This document shows, piece by piece, positions 227,944 to 243,048 of a stretch of DNA of 248,000 nt (position 1 is the stretch's first letter; each line of letters begins with the position of its first letter). Source of the DNA: Rhodosorus marinus CCMP1338 (lineage: Eukaryota > Plantae > Rhodophyta); contig JAMWBK010000004.1 of NCBI GenBank assembly GCA_029953675.1, positions 1,012,001 through 1,260,000 on the forward strand, written 5' to 3'. Below the pieces are notes generated by a model. That model was not told the DNA's origin, searched no databases, and was given only the letters and a program-made list of their open reading frames with translations. A program made the translations under genes and the position numbers.

Positions 227944-229205
227944 TCACATTCCCATCCTTGAACGACCCCGGTCAGCCTGAATATGCCGAGTTAAATAGAG
228001 CCACGGAGTGGATTCTTTCAGAAACCAATCTGAATAGGATTGAGTATTAAGCCTAGTCTTACCCGCAGATTCGGCAAGCACATCAAACGCTGGGACCTTT
228101 GCCTTGTCTTCGTCAACAACAAAAATTCGTCCCTCCGGTACCTTAAAGTCGTCCCGAAGGAACGCAGCCATCGTGGCCATGCGATCTCCTTGAATCTCTA
228201 GAGTGTCACGTTGGTCGGGAGCCTGTAAAAGATGTGATTGTAAGAGCTCGGCAAGTTTCCTCATCTGGAAAGCAACAGCCTGAAAGTAGCCGCCGCTGAA
228301 GGGAAGTAACAACACACTCACCTTCACGGCGGAAGCTCCACAGGAGAACTTTTTCTTGCAGACTTTTGCCACTTCCGGAATCTTCATGCCGAAGAGATCA
228401 AGGCCGTATACGATCTGGGTAACCGATAGAGAACCAACAGAAACTCATAAGTTCGCGGCACAACTCTTGAACGGATCTTTCGGCTCTAAAAGACTGTGCG
228501 CATTTCACTATCGTCGCTTTCTCGATGAGCTCGGACGTACAGTAACCTGCTTCCTTCCCTTTCGAGCGCTTTTCTGAATGACAATTTCAGGTTCAATGGC
228601 AACTCGTTTCTTCTTCTTCGACTCCTGAAAGGCGGATAACAGCATGTGGTCAGTTGCTTTTTTTCATTGCCAGAGAGCTCGGCTAGCAGTCCTGGATTGT
228701 GTTTTATGGTTTCTCACTTTTCCATCTTTCGCTGAACTCTTGGAAATTTTCGCACCGGCCAAGCTGGAGATATTCGAGAGACGAGAAATCAGGTTAGGGA
228801 ATTTCACAGCCGATCATCATCTCTCTATGACGAAACCAGCTCACTTCTCGGCGAGGGAACCGTCAACTTCCTCGAGTTTGAGATCGGGATACATTTCAGG
228901 AACGGTTACCGCCAGCCATGGTTTACATCTTAACCAAATCCCGAGAGAGCCAAGAAAAGAGTTCATTATGTGATACCGTAACACATTCTATATACGAAAT
229001 CCATCAAAAATAAAAAACGCAATCGAAACCAAGCATCATTCTTCATAGACAAAGGACCAGTTGTATCCCTCTCGTACCTATCAAAGTCCTGTGGAGTGTT
229101 GTACTCACACAGCTCAGGGGGCATCCCGCAGACACCACAATACAAGACCTGCATCGGATATCTAGGATCCTTCTCCTGAACCGTAACCACCTCCTCTCCA
229201 TCCAT
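227944..229205 (-). CDS. DENR: Density-regulated protein/Tma22 (SUI1 domain), multi-exon
   Basis: VLYCGVCGMPPELCEY; KKKFSCGASAVK..EIQGD. Confidence 0.85.
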
Positions 229206-230629
229206 TGTCAGAAGATCTGTTCCTTCGGCGACTAAAGTAATTACACGAGTTGCTGTCTTAGCTATTCGCTTGCTCTCACCAGTTCCACTTTCTAGCAGTC
229301 GCCAACGACCTCCCCGCTACCCGTTCCCTGTGCAAAAAAAAAGCAGTACAATCGCTTCGGGAAGCGAGGGGAAGTTTATGGCGGTGTTCGCGTAGGTGAA
229401 GTTGGTGTCGTATGGCTTTTTTCCACTGCCCGTTGAGAATCGGATTCGAATCGTCTTTGGAGAGGCGCTTCCGTTCGACGTAAAAGTGCAGTCCTATCGA
229501 ACGAAATTGCCTGCTTTTCTCCTCACTTACGCGTTTTAAGACTGACTTCCTGGCAAACTGTTGGGAATTGAAGGACGCCGGGCACCGATCGGATTTCGTC
229601 ACGGATTTCTGACTGTGAACGGAGTGGATATCAGTCACTTGCATCTTCTACATTTCTACGCAACATTTTCATACCACGGTGAAATCCAGGAGTGATCCGG
229701 GTCGTCGCTTCCACAACGTAGGCAATCCAACAACCCGTACTCCCTTGGCTGGATTTTCTCTAGGGCCGCTCTTAGGTCGCATCAAGTCAAGGCATATCAC
229801 AGCAGACATAGGTCGTAGCGAGCCTTTCCATGAGGATAAGTGGACCCAAATAGCCTGCCCGATAGCAATCTCAACTGTCTCTAGAGGTCTTTTGGTGGGT
229901 GTGTATCCTCTGCTCTTTTCCCAATGTTTCTGCAAGTTGCGGCGGGGACTCTTGCTCAGCTTTTTCCTTCGGACGCATCGGCGTTGCAACCATTTGACAA
230001 CTTCGAGCACCTGTCCCATTCTGATATTCCTCAAAAACAAAGAAATCCGTGCGGGGCGAATCAGGAATAAAGTACTAAACGTTGGCTCTCTCTCATGAAT
230101 TTCGATCTTCCTCCGTCACGCGGTGTCAGCACCGGTCCGAATAGCAAGATCTTTCCACTCACTATATGAGACGTTCTGTCTCAAAGTGTTTGGTTTTCGT
230201 GGGTTCATCCTTGGACGCTGTCAACCTTTCCGATGACATTGCCATCGTCTGATCTGATAAAACCAGAGATAGATGATCTCACCCTGCAACTCCGAGCGGA
230301 AGCACAGACGCAAATGCACTCTTGTATTAATGTGAAGAATGGTTTCAATGGCAGTTGGAATGGTGAAGGAGGGGGTAAGCTTGTTTTTTTGGGGTCTGGC
230401 GAATACGTTGCGAGTGCAGTACTTCGAGTGATATCGTACAGGAAGCTAGCAGTAGAACGTAACGGAGTAAAAGGCGAGGGTGAATATCTTCGTAAAAAGA
230501 GATGAGCTATGGAAGTCGGCAAAGTTGAGCGCGATCCGTTTTTGTGGGGTTTGGACTAGCCGCGTGAGTGAGGTTTTGCTGTCCTGAATTTATTGGCTTG
230601 GGGAAGGTCACATTCCGAGTTTCGGAACG

Positions 230630-233398
230630 ATGGAGGAAGATGACATTGATGAGATGCTTCTGTCCGTCACACAGAAGAAAAAAGAGACTGCAGTGGAGAG
230701 TGATGATTCTTCGGCTAGGGTTTACGAAGGAGATGAAGCGTCCGACGAAGATGGCGAGAATCTTGATGAGCTTGAAATGGTTGCTCATGATGGTGATTCG
230801 GATTTTGAAAGTGGATCCGCAAGGAGAAAGCCCAAGAAGAGCGCCGGAAAGGCCAGGGCGAAAGGATCTGGCAGGAAACGCGCCAATGACGAGGACATGG
230901 ACTGGAAAGGAGATGGAGGCAATGACACCGAGTCCTCCGAATACGCAGATCAGTATGACGAGAATCTCTATGGCGACGACGAGGACCGGGAGCGACTTAC
231001 CAACATGAGCGTTAAGGACCGTGAAATGGTGCTTGCAGATAGGTAATATATCTCGGACAATACCAACTACTCCATGGCTTCGCCATTTACTAGCCGGGAA
231101 CGTCGAACAGAATTTGTGATACATGGATTTCACGTACGTTCGTAACCTAGGCCTTGAACGGGCCCTGAACAAGATTGATTCCTGCGTCTCAGGTTTGAAA
231201 CACGGCAGCGTAAGAAGAGTGAATGGGACCTCCGAAGGAGGCTGAGGCGACAGCAGGGGAAACCGAAGAAAGAACGGAGACCACAACGCTCGGAGGAGAG
231301 GTCAAGAGGAAACCGCGATTCCCAAAAGTCCGCTTTGGATAGGCTTGCCGCGGACAAGGCTCGTCGAGAAAGCAGGAGGTACCGGTCATACCCTGAGAAT
231401 CAAGGTATAGGAACGTTTGCTAAGGAGAACATGATTGCCCAACTCGTCTAGGTCTGGTGATGACCGCGGTTGGAAAGCGAGCTCTAAGGGCCCGCCCGTA
231501 ACGTACGCAGACCTAGTCTCAGTGGAGACGAGGACAACTACTCCCGCGTTTGTTCGAAGAGACGTCCTTGCCAAGTGGATAGAGGAAGCGTACTTCGACA
231601 GATTGGTAAAGGGCTTATTTGTCAAGCTATCCGTTGGCGAGGTAGGAAGCTACTAGATCTTGTGTGCCAAGGAGCACTGGTGGTTCAAGTGCCGACTTCC
231701 GGATTTGCATATGGTCTAACCCATGGTCTTGCGTTTTCTCTCCGCAATTTGGCATGACTTTCTGATGCTCATCCTGGATGTGTTAGAATCCAGGGGCGCC
231801 AGGTGTCCAAGTCTATCGCGTCTGCAGAATAGAATCCGTCATTGAGGTTCCTATTTCGAGTCGAGTGGTACGAGCATTTGAAATTTTTGTCAGTTTGTAT
231901 GCTGCGTCGACTGAAGAACAGGTGGCGTTTGAATCTCCCCTTCATGTATAGCAATTTGGAAGTCATTTTACCAACAAGCGGTTAAAGCTCTCCTTTGGGA
232001 CGCTGAAGAAGCCCTTCGACATGACGATGCTTTCCAATCGATCCCCAACGGAGCAGGAATTCGACAGATGGGTAAAGCAAATGGAAGGCGATGGGGAACC
232101 ACTTCCTTCCAAAACTGAGATAGAGCAAAAAGTAGAGGTACTACGCAACCCATACAGCTGCATCACGCTTGGCTTGACAAAAGAGCCGCACGCTGAATAC
232201 CTACGCTTGCTTCTGAATTGTTTAACATAGCAAGTGCGAAGCACGCTCAAGGGCGAAGACCGACCGAGTGAGGAAGAAATTCGAAAGCACCAGGAGAATT
232301 ACGAGAAGGTCAATCCAGAAAGTATCAATCGCGTCGCCAAAAAGAAGGAATTATCGATGAGGATTGAGACCGCGAAGTCGAAGAATGATGATGCTACTGT
232401 GGCTGAGCTGTCTTCTCGACTGCGTTTGATTGAGGTAAGAGTTTGGGACTACCTTCCGTGTGGGAGCCCACCCCGACCAGGAGAGATGCCATCATCGCGG
232501 TGAATTGCGAACAAATCTCCGTTGCGGAGCGCCGATGAGCCCTTGCCGACATGGAGACGTTCTTTGAATTTTTGTTTTGCAGGAAGTGGACGAAAAGATC
232601 CGAACGAAAAGCGAGCAGCGAAAAGCTGAATTGACTGTCACAAACACAAGCGCCCTGCTTCGATTAAAGGCGACAAAGAACAAGGCTGAGAATGACCGGA
232701 AAGATCAAGTAAGCCTACAGGATACAATGCAGGCACTCTTTCAACACCCTGCCCCCCACCTTCCCTCCGAAGCCAAACAGATCAGGGGCGGCTGCGGAGA
232801 CGGGGTCGAGTACAGCTTGTTTTCAATCTTCAAAACGATTGCTGTCGCTGATGGCGTGCGCTTTCTTCCAATAGATTGCTGCAATCAGGAGAACAAAAGG
232901 TGGTGATCAGTCGCAGAACGTCTTCGAACGACTTGAGACCGCAGGTCAATCATACTTTAGCATTAGGAAAACCAAATCACCTGCGCGGACATTGAAAGAA
233001 CAGGAAAAAGAGTTGAACGGGAATGGGCTTGACCTCTCATTGGATCAGGTAAGGCTTTCATCGCCTTTGTCAACCACAGTACCTTATAGTTGGCTCGTCC
233101 AGGATGTACTGCCCTTCTATAGTCTGTCATCTGATCAACTGTGCTGATGTGTTTATCCGCGACGAAGGACTCCGCTGCGATTGCGACGGGGGATGGAAGT
233201 AAGCGGCCTCCAATTTCGAAGCGATTTGATCTCAGCAAAATTGACACCACCATATTTGACGAGTTGCTCCCCATCGAGATTCAGCCAAGCAGAAAATACG
233301 TTCCAGTGCCATTGGACCAAAAAGTTATCTTGCGACGAGAAAACCAAGAACCGAGGAACTCTGTGTCGCTGGAAGAGTTTCTCAAGAAGCCCCTCTGA
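230630..233398 (+). CDS. RTF1: PAF1 complex subunit RTF1 (Plus3 domain), multi-exon
   Basis: Acidic N-terminus YDENLYGDDEDRERL..DREMVL; Plus3 RRDVLAKW..VKGLFVKLSVG; SLEEFLKK at the C-terminus. Confidence 0.8.
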
Positions 233399-233524
233399 TT
233401 GTATTTTATCACTCAAAAACTACGGTGAAGACCTGTACTCCGCAAAGCAAATGTGCAACCTAGAAGCCAAAATCGCTCGATCGCCGTGAACCCAACGAAT
233501 CAACGGAGAACTGAAGTCGGGATC

Positions 233525-234270
233525 CTAGGCCTCCTCTTCCAGGTTTATGGACTGTGGGAGACAAGATCAGGCAGTGAAAGGTAGAGGGTCAGCAACAGCG
233601 GGGGGGGGGGCGAACCCGCTCCCAATCTCCTGAGGCGGTAATGTAGGCAGTGAGGCCTGACGATGACCAGAGTAACTTACGTTTCCGAACTTGGCGTAGA
233701 GTTCAGTTTTCAGTTGCGTCATAGATTCCACCTTGTTGTCGTACTTCTTCTGCGAATCTTCCATCGTGCGCACAATCTCCGTTTTGCACTGCTCAACAGT
233801 TTCTTCGGCTTCGTCTTTTGCTGTGAATATGAATGCCTATTAAATCATAGAAAAGGAACACACACGAGATCGGTCCAATTACTTAGCTTTGGAAGCCCAC
233901 GACACCCAGATAAATAGCCTGGATTCAATACTGGGACAAACTACTCACGTCACCGACAGCAAACTGCACTTTTTCGTTGTCCGCAGCGAGCATCAGCTCA
234001 TCGGAAGCATCATCGTACAGTTGGTGAAGGTCTTTCCTGACCTGTAAGATAGATCACTTCAAAATTATTTATTAGCGGTCCAACATAATCGGTCCTCAAT
234101 GCCGGGACAGCCAGCCCTTTCAACGGATGGGTGGGCTCCTTTGGTCAATAACGTACGCTTAGAAAGGCCTGCAGTTCCAACTTCTCGTTCAGCAGTCTCG
234201 AGAACTGGTTTATCTTTTGCTGATCCTCCAAGGTCACATTTTTCTCGCTTTCGTCCTCCTTCTTCAACAT
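233525..234270 (-). CDS. PFDN4: Prefoldin subunit 4, multi-exon
   Basis: VTLEDQQKINQFSRL; DASDELML; LKTELYAKFG..INLEE. Confidence 0.85.
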
Positions 234271-234584
234271 ACCCGACATTCTCCGCGGATCTTACCCGCG
234301 CTGTGCACGTCGGCGAAGAAGAAACACCAATTCCAAAGCAGTACGATCCCGGGAAAGACTGATCAGCACCAGATTCAATGAACGCACAAACAAGAAACGG
234401 TCTCTCAGAAATCGAACCAAGCGATGGTCTCTAGCTCCTGCTCTACTCATCCAACCTCTCGACATTTGCCCACCGAGTTTGTATCGGCGTAAAGTACTGC
234501 CTTTCATCAGTGAGTGGAGGAAATTCCAGATTCGGGAGGGAGGGGGAGACAAATGAAAGTACCTGAACAAGATTAAATGTTAGA

Positions 234585-235061
234585 ATGCCGGTGACGACTC
234601 CATCTCTGGAAGCGATTCGTTTGTATCGTGATATTCTACGCACATGTCGAGCTTTTACGTGGACAAACGAAGCGGTGCGTGTGTCAGGATACCTTTTCTT
234701 ACTACTTGGCTTGCGCTAACCCAAAAAACACCCCAAAAAACACAACCCAACTCTAATGTGCTCTCTGTAGGGTGAACGCTGGGGCGTGGTGCTCGCCAAA
234801 AGCGCGAGAAAGGAGTTCGAGATGAACAAATTTCTCTCGAGCCCCGAGCAAGTTGCCAGAAGCCTTCTTGTTGGCAGAAGTGCCCTGGACCAAACTCAGG
234901 AGAGGGTACTTAGTTCATTGAATTCCCACTTGTATGATCCGAGAAAATACTCAGTACACTTCTCACCCCCTTCGCTTCGGACTGGTGTTCCCCATCACCA
235001 ACAGGTTGCTCAAAAACAGCAAGATATTTCGGCCGGAAACACTCCCCCAATCCGCAAATAG
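234585..235061 (+). CDS. LYR-motif protein, multi-exon (3' end uncertain)
   Basis: AIRLYRDILR..SARKEFE. Confidence 0.65.
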
Positions 235062-235357
235062 GCATATTGGAAGGTGCATCATGTCTTCACTAGACGACTT
235101 TGAGCTGGTGTTAAGACGGACAGCATGCTACATCTGCCGAAATAGTCGCGATCGAACGTGCAACGCTGCAAACTGTTCAGCAACCCCGATGAAGAATGTC
235201 AACCCGGACCACCGGTACAACCCAGTCGAACGGGTCTTGTCCTGGGAGTGTGACAGCGATACAAGCAAGTGTTTGGAGGAACCATTCCTATTATCTACAA
235301 CTGTTTATTATTGATCTAGCCCAAAAAAACAAATGTCGACGGGGGTGGAGAATGTGA

Positions 235358-238300
235358 TTATAGATGATACTGCTCGTTCAGTCTCTGGCGAAGCGGATCG
235401 GGGAACGTTGAGTAATACGCTGGCCAGGAAGCCCCCATAACGTTTTTGTACCCAATCAGAATCATCTCAAAGTCTGCCTTCAGTTCTGCTTTGGGTAGTG
235501 ACCTTAGGGCAGATGAGGAAACGGGACAAACAAAGATCCTCAGCGATACGAAACGTCGTTTGTGGTCTTCCGAGCTGTGAATACTAAAACTACAAGACCG
235601 GAAAATATTCTTCTTCTTTGGATCCATGAATAAAAAACTCACCAGGAAGCGACGCAGTCAGTAAAATACAGGAACGAAGGCCCGACCGCTTCCGGATTCA
235701 GTTTCACCATAGCGCACATGCCCCGACAAGCGTCCTCTTTCTCCTGCCCATCCCTAATATTTCTGAGGATGAGACACATCGGTTGTATGATACTTCCTAG
235801 CGCAGGTGCTAGAGACTGCGTATGGATCAAAGCTACTCGACCCAGCGTGATCGCAGTGTTCTCGAGCAGGCTCCGGTTAAGCATCGGTGATTGAAGCGTA
235901 GTTATTAGTCGCGAGAGACTGGCTTCCAAATGAGGTCCAAAAGGTGATGACACATCTGCGCCGTAGTAGGAGCAGGATAGTCTCGCGTCAGAAAAAGGGA
236001 TCCACTCCCATAAAGACTATAGATCCGAAAGAGCGATACCAGGTATCTTATTCGCAGCTCTTACTTTTCCTATAATACATGGCACTTAGTTCTCCAAGCG
236101 CCCAGGTGGCGTTGCTGCACACATTTACAAAACGAACGTCGAGTCCTCGAAAGGTCTCCGCCAGAATGACTTCCATCACTTCCGGCTCATTCAGACCACT
236201 AACCTCGGCTCTGGCGAGGTCGCCGAGAAGGGCGAAAGCCGACTGCCGTACATCCGGTCGAGTTTCCTTCATGGAATGGGTAACCAGCTCCGGGAGCTCC
236301 TTTGTTTCAGTTACGAGCTCCAGAGAGGATCCGAGAGCCTCGGCAATACCCGCGATCAAGTCCAAAGAGCATATGACAAATTCAAACTCGAGCGCATGCG
236401 CATCTATTGTCAAAAGCATTCGAGACCACGGCCGAGAGAAAGTAGCGATCCATCAACCAGTCAGCGGCGGAAAGCAGGAAAGTATAAAACCAGAAAAGAA
236501 GAAAAAAAAAGGCCCAACCAAGCTTCCGGATTTGTATCAACTCACAGTCCGCTGATCGGGAGGCAGCCGCAAAGGCACTCTTTGTTATTGACACGCATCT
236601 CGATAATATCGGGTTTGCGAAATTCGAAGCTTCCTTCCCCAAATGTTTCAGTACCACTGTGAGGCACTCGAAAAGTGGTAACAGGCCGACGTCTCCATCC
236701 ACAAGCTGGTTCCACTTGTCAATCAGCGGCGGCATCAGAGTCTATAGCAGGGATTGATAGAGTTGAAAGAGACGTGTAAGCACCTCAAGACCAGTTCATG
236801 AAGCTACTTTCGATGCATGGTTCATTGCTTAGCGAGCGCACGTTAATGTACATGGGCACCGCCAACGCAGATTCAACGCATTCGGCCATTGTTCCGATGG
236901 CGTCATAGAGTATGAGTTGGTTTTTCCGCTGGTAGCATTTGAACGCCTCAGCAAATGCCTTCGTGACCAATCCCAGCCCACCTACTAGATCTGATCCGAG
237001 CTCCTCCTCGAAGCACGCCAGCGCCGAACACGCAGAGGCCTGAACGCGTTTGTTTCGATCCAGAAGCACTACCAGCAGAGCCTCAAACACGTTCTGCGAA
237101 AGGGGGTTATCTCTCTGGTTGACGATCCATCGCGAGTAGCGGCTCAAAGCCCAACAAGACATCGATCGCACCAAGTGATGATCGTCGCTTAAAAACCGCA
237201 GCAATTGCTGGACGAGATCCGGCAGATACGGGACCATTCCATTCGAGCAACCCTCCGAACAAGCTCCCAGCGCTAGAACCGCACTTTCTCTCATCTGCCA
237301 TCGCTCGCTGTCGCGAAGCCTCAGGCTCAAGATCGGAAGCAGATGATCCAGAAGGGAATCTCCAAACACTGACGCAAGCCCATCAAATGCAGCTGCTGAT
237401 GATTTCCTGACGGACCAGTCCGAGAGCTCATCCTCATCGGCACCGTTCGCCGGCTCTGCTCCGTTCGGTTCAGAATCTCCAGCTTCACCGGCGGAGACAC
237501 TTCGCGCGGTATGGAACTGCGGTCTAATTTCCTCAGGCCGATCAGGAACCGAACAGTCCTCTTCGGAATCTATAAGACCAGGGTCCGTATCCGAGTAATT
237601 CATATTATGCATCAACACGTTGACAATATCGCCCACATACGGAAGCAGAGTTTCACGCGCTACTGGTTTCTCTGCGTACACGAGCCAAAATTCACAGGCC
237701 TCCAGTGCTAATTCTTCATTCGAGCTTTGCGATGTCTGGATCATGTAGGGAACGATTTTCTTCATGTGTTCCTCCAGAATCTCCGGGACAGCCTCCTCTA
237801 GCCTGCATATTGCTACGCAGAACTCCTTTCGAACCTCGTCGCTGCTATCGTTGGCCGCATGGAACAGAGCCTCAAGTGTTTCCTTCATACTTCTCTGCAG
237901 ACCAAGCGGCATGGAAGCCAGCATGTGGTTCACCGCATGTATCACCTTTATTCGTACGTCCTCGTTGTCATACAACAAGAACTTGAGCATCTCCGGGATG
238001 ACTCGAAGAAGCGGCTGCTCGGGATCTTCGTCTAGCTTCTCGAGGGCATCCTCACAAAGCTTGCACAGGGTAGAAATTGAACCGTGCGTATAAGCTTCGT
238101 CGCCCGACTTGAGATAGCCTTCGAGCGCTGGCAATAGTTCGCACCAATCTGAAAGAAAATACGGGAACACGGAACGCTCTGAGTTCGATGAGCATACGGA
238201 GTAGACAACTACGGACTGCTCTATCTAAGCAAGGATAAGGATCAGGAGATCAAACCCGTTTCTCGCAGTTTTTTTTTTCTCTGCATCTGGGTGCATACCT

Positions 238301-238689
238301 TTCAGACCCGATTCCGCCACAACTGAGGCTGCAGCGAGCGATGCAACCTGACGAATCTGTGGAATTGTGTCTCCAATAGCTCTGAGCAGCTCCGTCTGAA
238401 TAAATTCGCGCGATTGCGAGGAGAGCATTCTGTAGGACCTCCTGAGATTGTTTTTCAGCAGCAAGCCTGCACTCTGACGGACGATAGTTTGCTGTTCGTC
238501 CGACAAGTTTGGCCATGGGGCTCCTGCATTCAGGACGTACGCCAAGTACAAATCGAGCTCTGGATGCTCTGCCAATTCCCTCAGAGTCTTATAAGCTGCA
238601 TTCTGTGCCTCATTTGACCCGGAGGAGCCATCCAACAGCATCGACGCCACCCGCGTAACCCCTCCCGGATCTGGTACCCAGCTTCCCAT
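235358..238689 (-). CDS. TNPO1: Transportin-1/importin beta-2, multi-exon
   Basis: RQSAGLLLKNNL; ALEACEFWL; H8 acidic loop; WSVRKSSAAAFD; VRQSAFALLGDL; NATWALGE; LLENTAITLGRV. Confidence 0.92.
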
Positions 238690-239602
238690 CCCTCCTCAGT
238701 CAACCTATCATTCTGAAAACTTACAGTGGGATGCGCGATTCCCCTGCTCGCCCGCCCCCCAAACCACACCCTGCCCGATCTGCAGTCTACTGCCGATGGA
238801 GCAGGGAAACCCTAAGAATCCTATCCTCTGACAATATTCCCATCAACCTTCTCTCAGGATGCGCAGAACGAGAAAAATCGCTCCGCTAATGCTGGAAAGA
238901 ACACCAACAGCTAAAGTTTGAAGAAACGCCACACAACCCTAAATCCCCACTCACACCCACACACACACACACACAACCCCCTCCCGTCCCTTCTCCTCTC
239001 CTCCCACCCCCCTTCCAGGCACATTTCCGCAACCGCATGGCAAACCCAAACTCGAAATTTTCGGTCTTAACCAAAAAAAATTTGGTAAGATATTTTTTTG
239101 ACAGCCATTCTCCAGTGATCACTACTACCCACCCCTCCAATCGCCACCAAGGATTCCTCTGAGAAAGTGGTCGAAACGAAAATTACAACGCAATAGACCC
239201 CAATAGATATTTCTATTGAGGTTGAATATTCATACAAATTAGCCCGCGTGTCGGTTGCCCGACTATCATTCTCTGATCCAAAGAGCTGTTTTCATTCTAG
239301 ATTTATTTTGAAGGGTTCCCAGCGTTCAATCAAAATGGGTCTCAACTCATCCACTCACAGCCGCACAAATGTGTCGAGCGTGCGGCTCTGCGTCATTCGA
239401 ATCGGCGTTTTTTCTATGGGGGGATTTTGGTGGTTGGGGTGGTGGGTGGAGCGGATCCGAGGTGTTGTTTTTTTGGGGGGGGCAATCAGTCTCAGATGAA
239501 AAGGGATATGTACGGATGGTGAAGAAGCTCCGGCCTGTCATCGTTTCTTTTTTCCTTTTTTTCGTTTTGCTTTCGGGGGGCGTTCCTTAGAAGGGGAGCT
239601 CT

Positions 239603-239716
239603 CTGCTAGTCGATCGGATCCGAGGAAGTTCAGATGAACTTGAGGTTTATGAGGTTCATCTGCTAGTCGATCGGATCCGAGGAAGTTCAGATGAACTTGA
239701 GGTTTATGAGGTTCAC
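239603..239716 (+). repeat. 56-bp tandem duplication
   Basis: CTGCTAGTCGATCGGATCCGAGGAAGTTCAGATGAACTTGAGGTTTATGAGGTTCA x2. Confidence 0.85.
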
Positions 239717-242700
239717 GGAAGTACTGGCGTAGCTTTACGGAGCTTGGATGGAGTATAATCCCTCCGGACTTGACCTGACTACGAATTTCAGCTGGATCCC
239801 TGAATGTGGAAACTGCCACCTACGCCTAGATTCAGTGAAATAATACGTGAAGTGAAAGAGGAGGTGTTTCGTTGCGGGATTGTATCAAACCCGCTTTGAA
239901 GCAAGGCCCAGGCTAATCGCGAACGATACTCGGCCATCTTCTTACGAGGAAAGCCACAGCTTCTACTTTCCAACCCGTGAAAGGCTTGATTGAAGCGACT
240001 CTTGTTCGACGGCTCTCGAACCCTGTTTACATGTCCTGTAGCAGACCTCTGCTTTTCCGCCCTACCCTGGGATTTATGCTAGGCTATATCCCAATCCGGA
240101 CTTTAGGCCCATTGCTCTAGTTCCCGAAAAAACACCTTTTCCCAGTTCCTTTCAAGGTCTCCCGCGCACTAACCGGATGCCGTTTCTTGCCCAGTCAATC
240201 CGTCATGGCACAGACCTCCGCCGACCATGGGATCCAATGATAATGAATCGAAGTACTTTTTCAAGCTTTTGCCTAGGAGGGCCAGCGGGATCGATCCTGT
240301 AGGTTTATACCTTCGTCGCGGGCGCGGCGCGCAATTTGCTGCAGGTGTAAAGGTGGGAGACTTCACTAGGCTAGTATTGTGATTCACTCGGACGTCCATG
240401 TTGTCTTAAGGGGAAAGATGTAGGTATGAAGCCAAAAGGGGGAGCGTTGGTTGGTTTTGCACTCGGGCGAGTGAGTGGAATGGCAATGCTCCGCCCTGCT
240501 TCCTGAGTACAATCAACTTATCGAGAAGCGCGGGCGCTATGGAGCTCGTCAAGGGCGGTACAGTAGTTCGGCTTGAGAGTTGAGCTAACAATAATGGGAG
240601 TGGGAACGGAGTGTTTTCTGTTCATCGAACGTAGCTCTGCGAAGGACTCTCCTCATGGTGGAGCAGGAATAACGGATGTTGTGGTGGACGTCGAAAAGGG
240701 TGCGGAGGAGAAGTGAGGATATCAGCGCTTAATGAATGATCCATGCCCGCCGGTTTGCCTAGCACACTAGTTTGGGCTAACCCAGATTTGAGGTGAGGGC
240801 CAACTCAATTGTCGTACTCGAAGGATAGTTGGCATCTTCCCCGTCCCTGCTTGAGGTAAAAAGTCCTTGCGGCACGGGCCCGTTTTTTTGAAGATGCAAG
240901 AATAAGTTCTAATGCCTGAGCCCTCTGCCTAAAATTGCATCATCGGCGGTCTACTTGCTAGCGATGCCGATGTGCGCCGCAGCGGGGGCACATCAATGCC
241001 AGTTTGTTTTTGTCCAACTGCTCAACTTGGTTGCCTGGGCTTCAATTTCTATCGCCATCATTTGCTTGCGGTCGAATTCCTTCTCTAACTCAAGTCAAAC
241101 CCTACTTTGTAGGTGCTCTGAATATTGCAACCTGCCATGTAGACTTGGACCCAAATCCCAACCACCTCAAGGTCGAGCTTCTCGACCTCGACTTGAGGCC
241201 CCGCACAGTTGCACTAGTGCAGATCTGCTCGTGCGAACAAGAGCCTAACCTTGCACATGCGCGTTCCCCGTTTTCCCTAGAACACGCGCAGCGTCCGTCT
241301 ACTAAGTGGCTCTTATAACAGATGATTGACCCATCTCCAACTTTACACAGAAATATCAACTCAGGTCCTGATCAGTTGCCTTAGTTTCCCAAATTGGGAA
241401 CTAGCTGCACAATAAGTACACACAGCATATCTGTCCAACGAAAGTCAGCATCGCCCAACCCACCGGGGCTGGAACCATATAGGTATGCAATTGGGGAACA
241501 TCTACCTCCCTCACCCCTCCAAAACCCCCGCCATCTTCTCCAACACCATCTCCCACCCACCCCATAAAAAAATATCCCAGCAAAACAAAGTGGGAATCAA
241601 TTGATCCTCTTTTTCCCCATCTCCCCCCCCCCCCCTTTCAAAGCTAGCTCCCTCCCTTCCGTTTTCAGCCAATCAACATCAGATGGAAACCCGTGACTAT
241701 AATTTTCTACTTTCCTGTACGATTCCTGTATTGACCGGACTTTTCCCCTCTCCGATAAAGAACAAAAAAATAAATAAATCTAGGATATCATCAGGTAGGC
241801 ACAAAAAAAAACCCAAAAAACTTATATTCATGAAAATATGTTGCAGAGATTGCTAAAAAAAAAAAGCCGATCAGTTTCAGAAGCCCAGCTGATCAGCACT
241901 TCTATCTACTACCCCCCTTCGCATTGTCTTAAACAATATCTTCAATGGGCATTTAACTCCCCTTATAATTTGCACAAATTCAAAATATCCCCATTATTTA
242001 TATCAATAATAACATAAAACTATTTCTTAGTAAGGGGTGAATATATCAGTAGAAGTCCTACCTCCTGATGGTCATATCATATGGAACCCCCTTCCCAAAA
242101 ATATTACCTTCACGGAATATTGAATTAGCCCCTGTTGGGTTTTGCTTTCGTTTTTTCCTTCATTTTGAGGGGGTGGGTCACGTACGGTAGCCGATGGTGT
242201 TTCGTTTTCAGTGACGATGCATATGCTTTTTATTGGTAATGTTTTGAGGGGTATACCATCTCAAAGCTATATCCACAGAAAAATCAATAAACAGAGAACT
242301 ATTTTTTTTTGTTCATGGATGAAATCGAGATTTGTAAGGATCAATGCAGAGTGAGGCCAGGGGAGGGGGGGTTATATGTTGTTGTAAAATATTCTTCTAG
242401 ATTCGTTTTGTGTATTATCTTTCATTTTGAAATATTTCAAAAAGAGAGAGAGGAGAAACGGATAGGGGTTGTAACAACTTTGGAAAGAACAGGGATTCGC
242501 TAAGGTGGGTGGAGGGGGGAAATGAGTGGGTGTATGCATTGGCGCAACAAGGAGGGGAAACAGAGTCTTCGGTACCCACTTGGAAGGGGGGAAGATGAGA
242601 TGCTATGGGGCTTATCGGTGAATGGAGATCTTGGGGAATGGTTCGTGTGGAGTATTGCTTTGACTTTGGAATGAGTATAGGGGAGGAGGGACGATGGGTG

Positions 242701-243048
242701 TTTGCAGGGAGGGAAGGAGGAAGGCATCGAGTTTCGAGTGAAGGAGGTGAAGTTGCGGATGCTTGGTTTGGGAAGGGTTTTGGTAGGGGGCGAGGGCGAG
242801 ACAAGGCAGGGTGAACTTTTGCCCGGCTGAGTGGATCGGAAAAGGGGCTCGTGGATGGAGGGATTTCCACGAGCTGCGGTTGTCGGTGTTTTTTTGGATA
242901 TTTAGTTTGAGTAAGTCACGAGTCTTGTATTAAAGCGGTTTGGCGGAGCTGGAAGTTGTCGAGGTATAGTAGACGGGTACTTGGCGCTTAGCGTCGGCTT
243001 TGAGCATCCACTTGTTGTTGCGAGAGAAGGTGCTTGCCTGGCTGCGAT

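Noticed and set aside
239538-241360. Possible small spliced genes on the minus strand
   Set aside because: I could not assemble a convincing reading frame or recognise a family.
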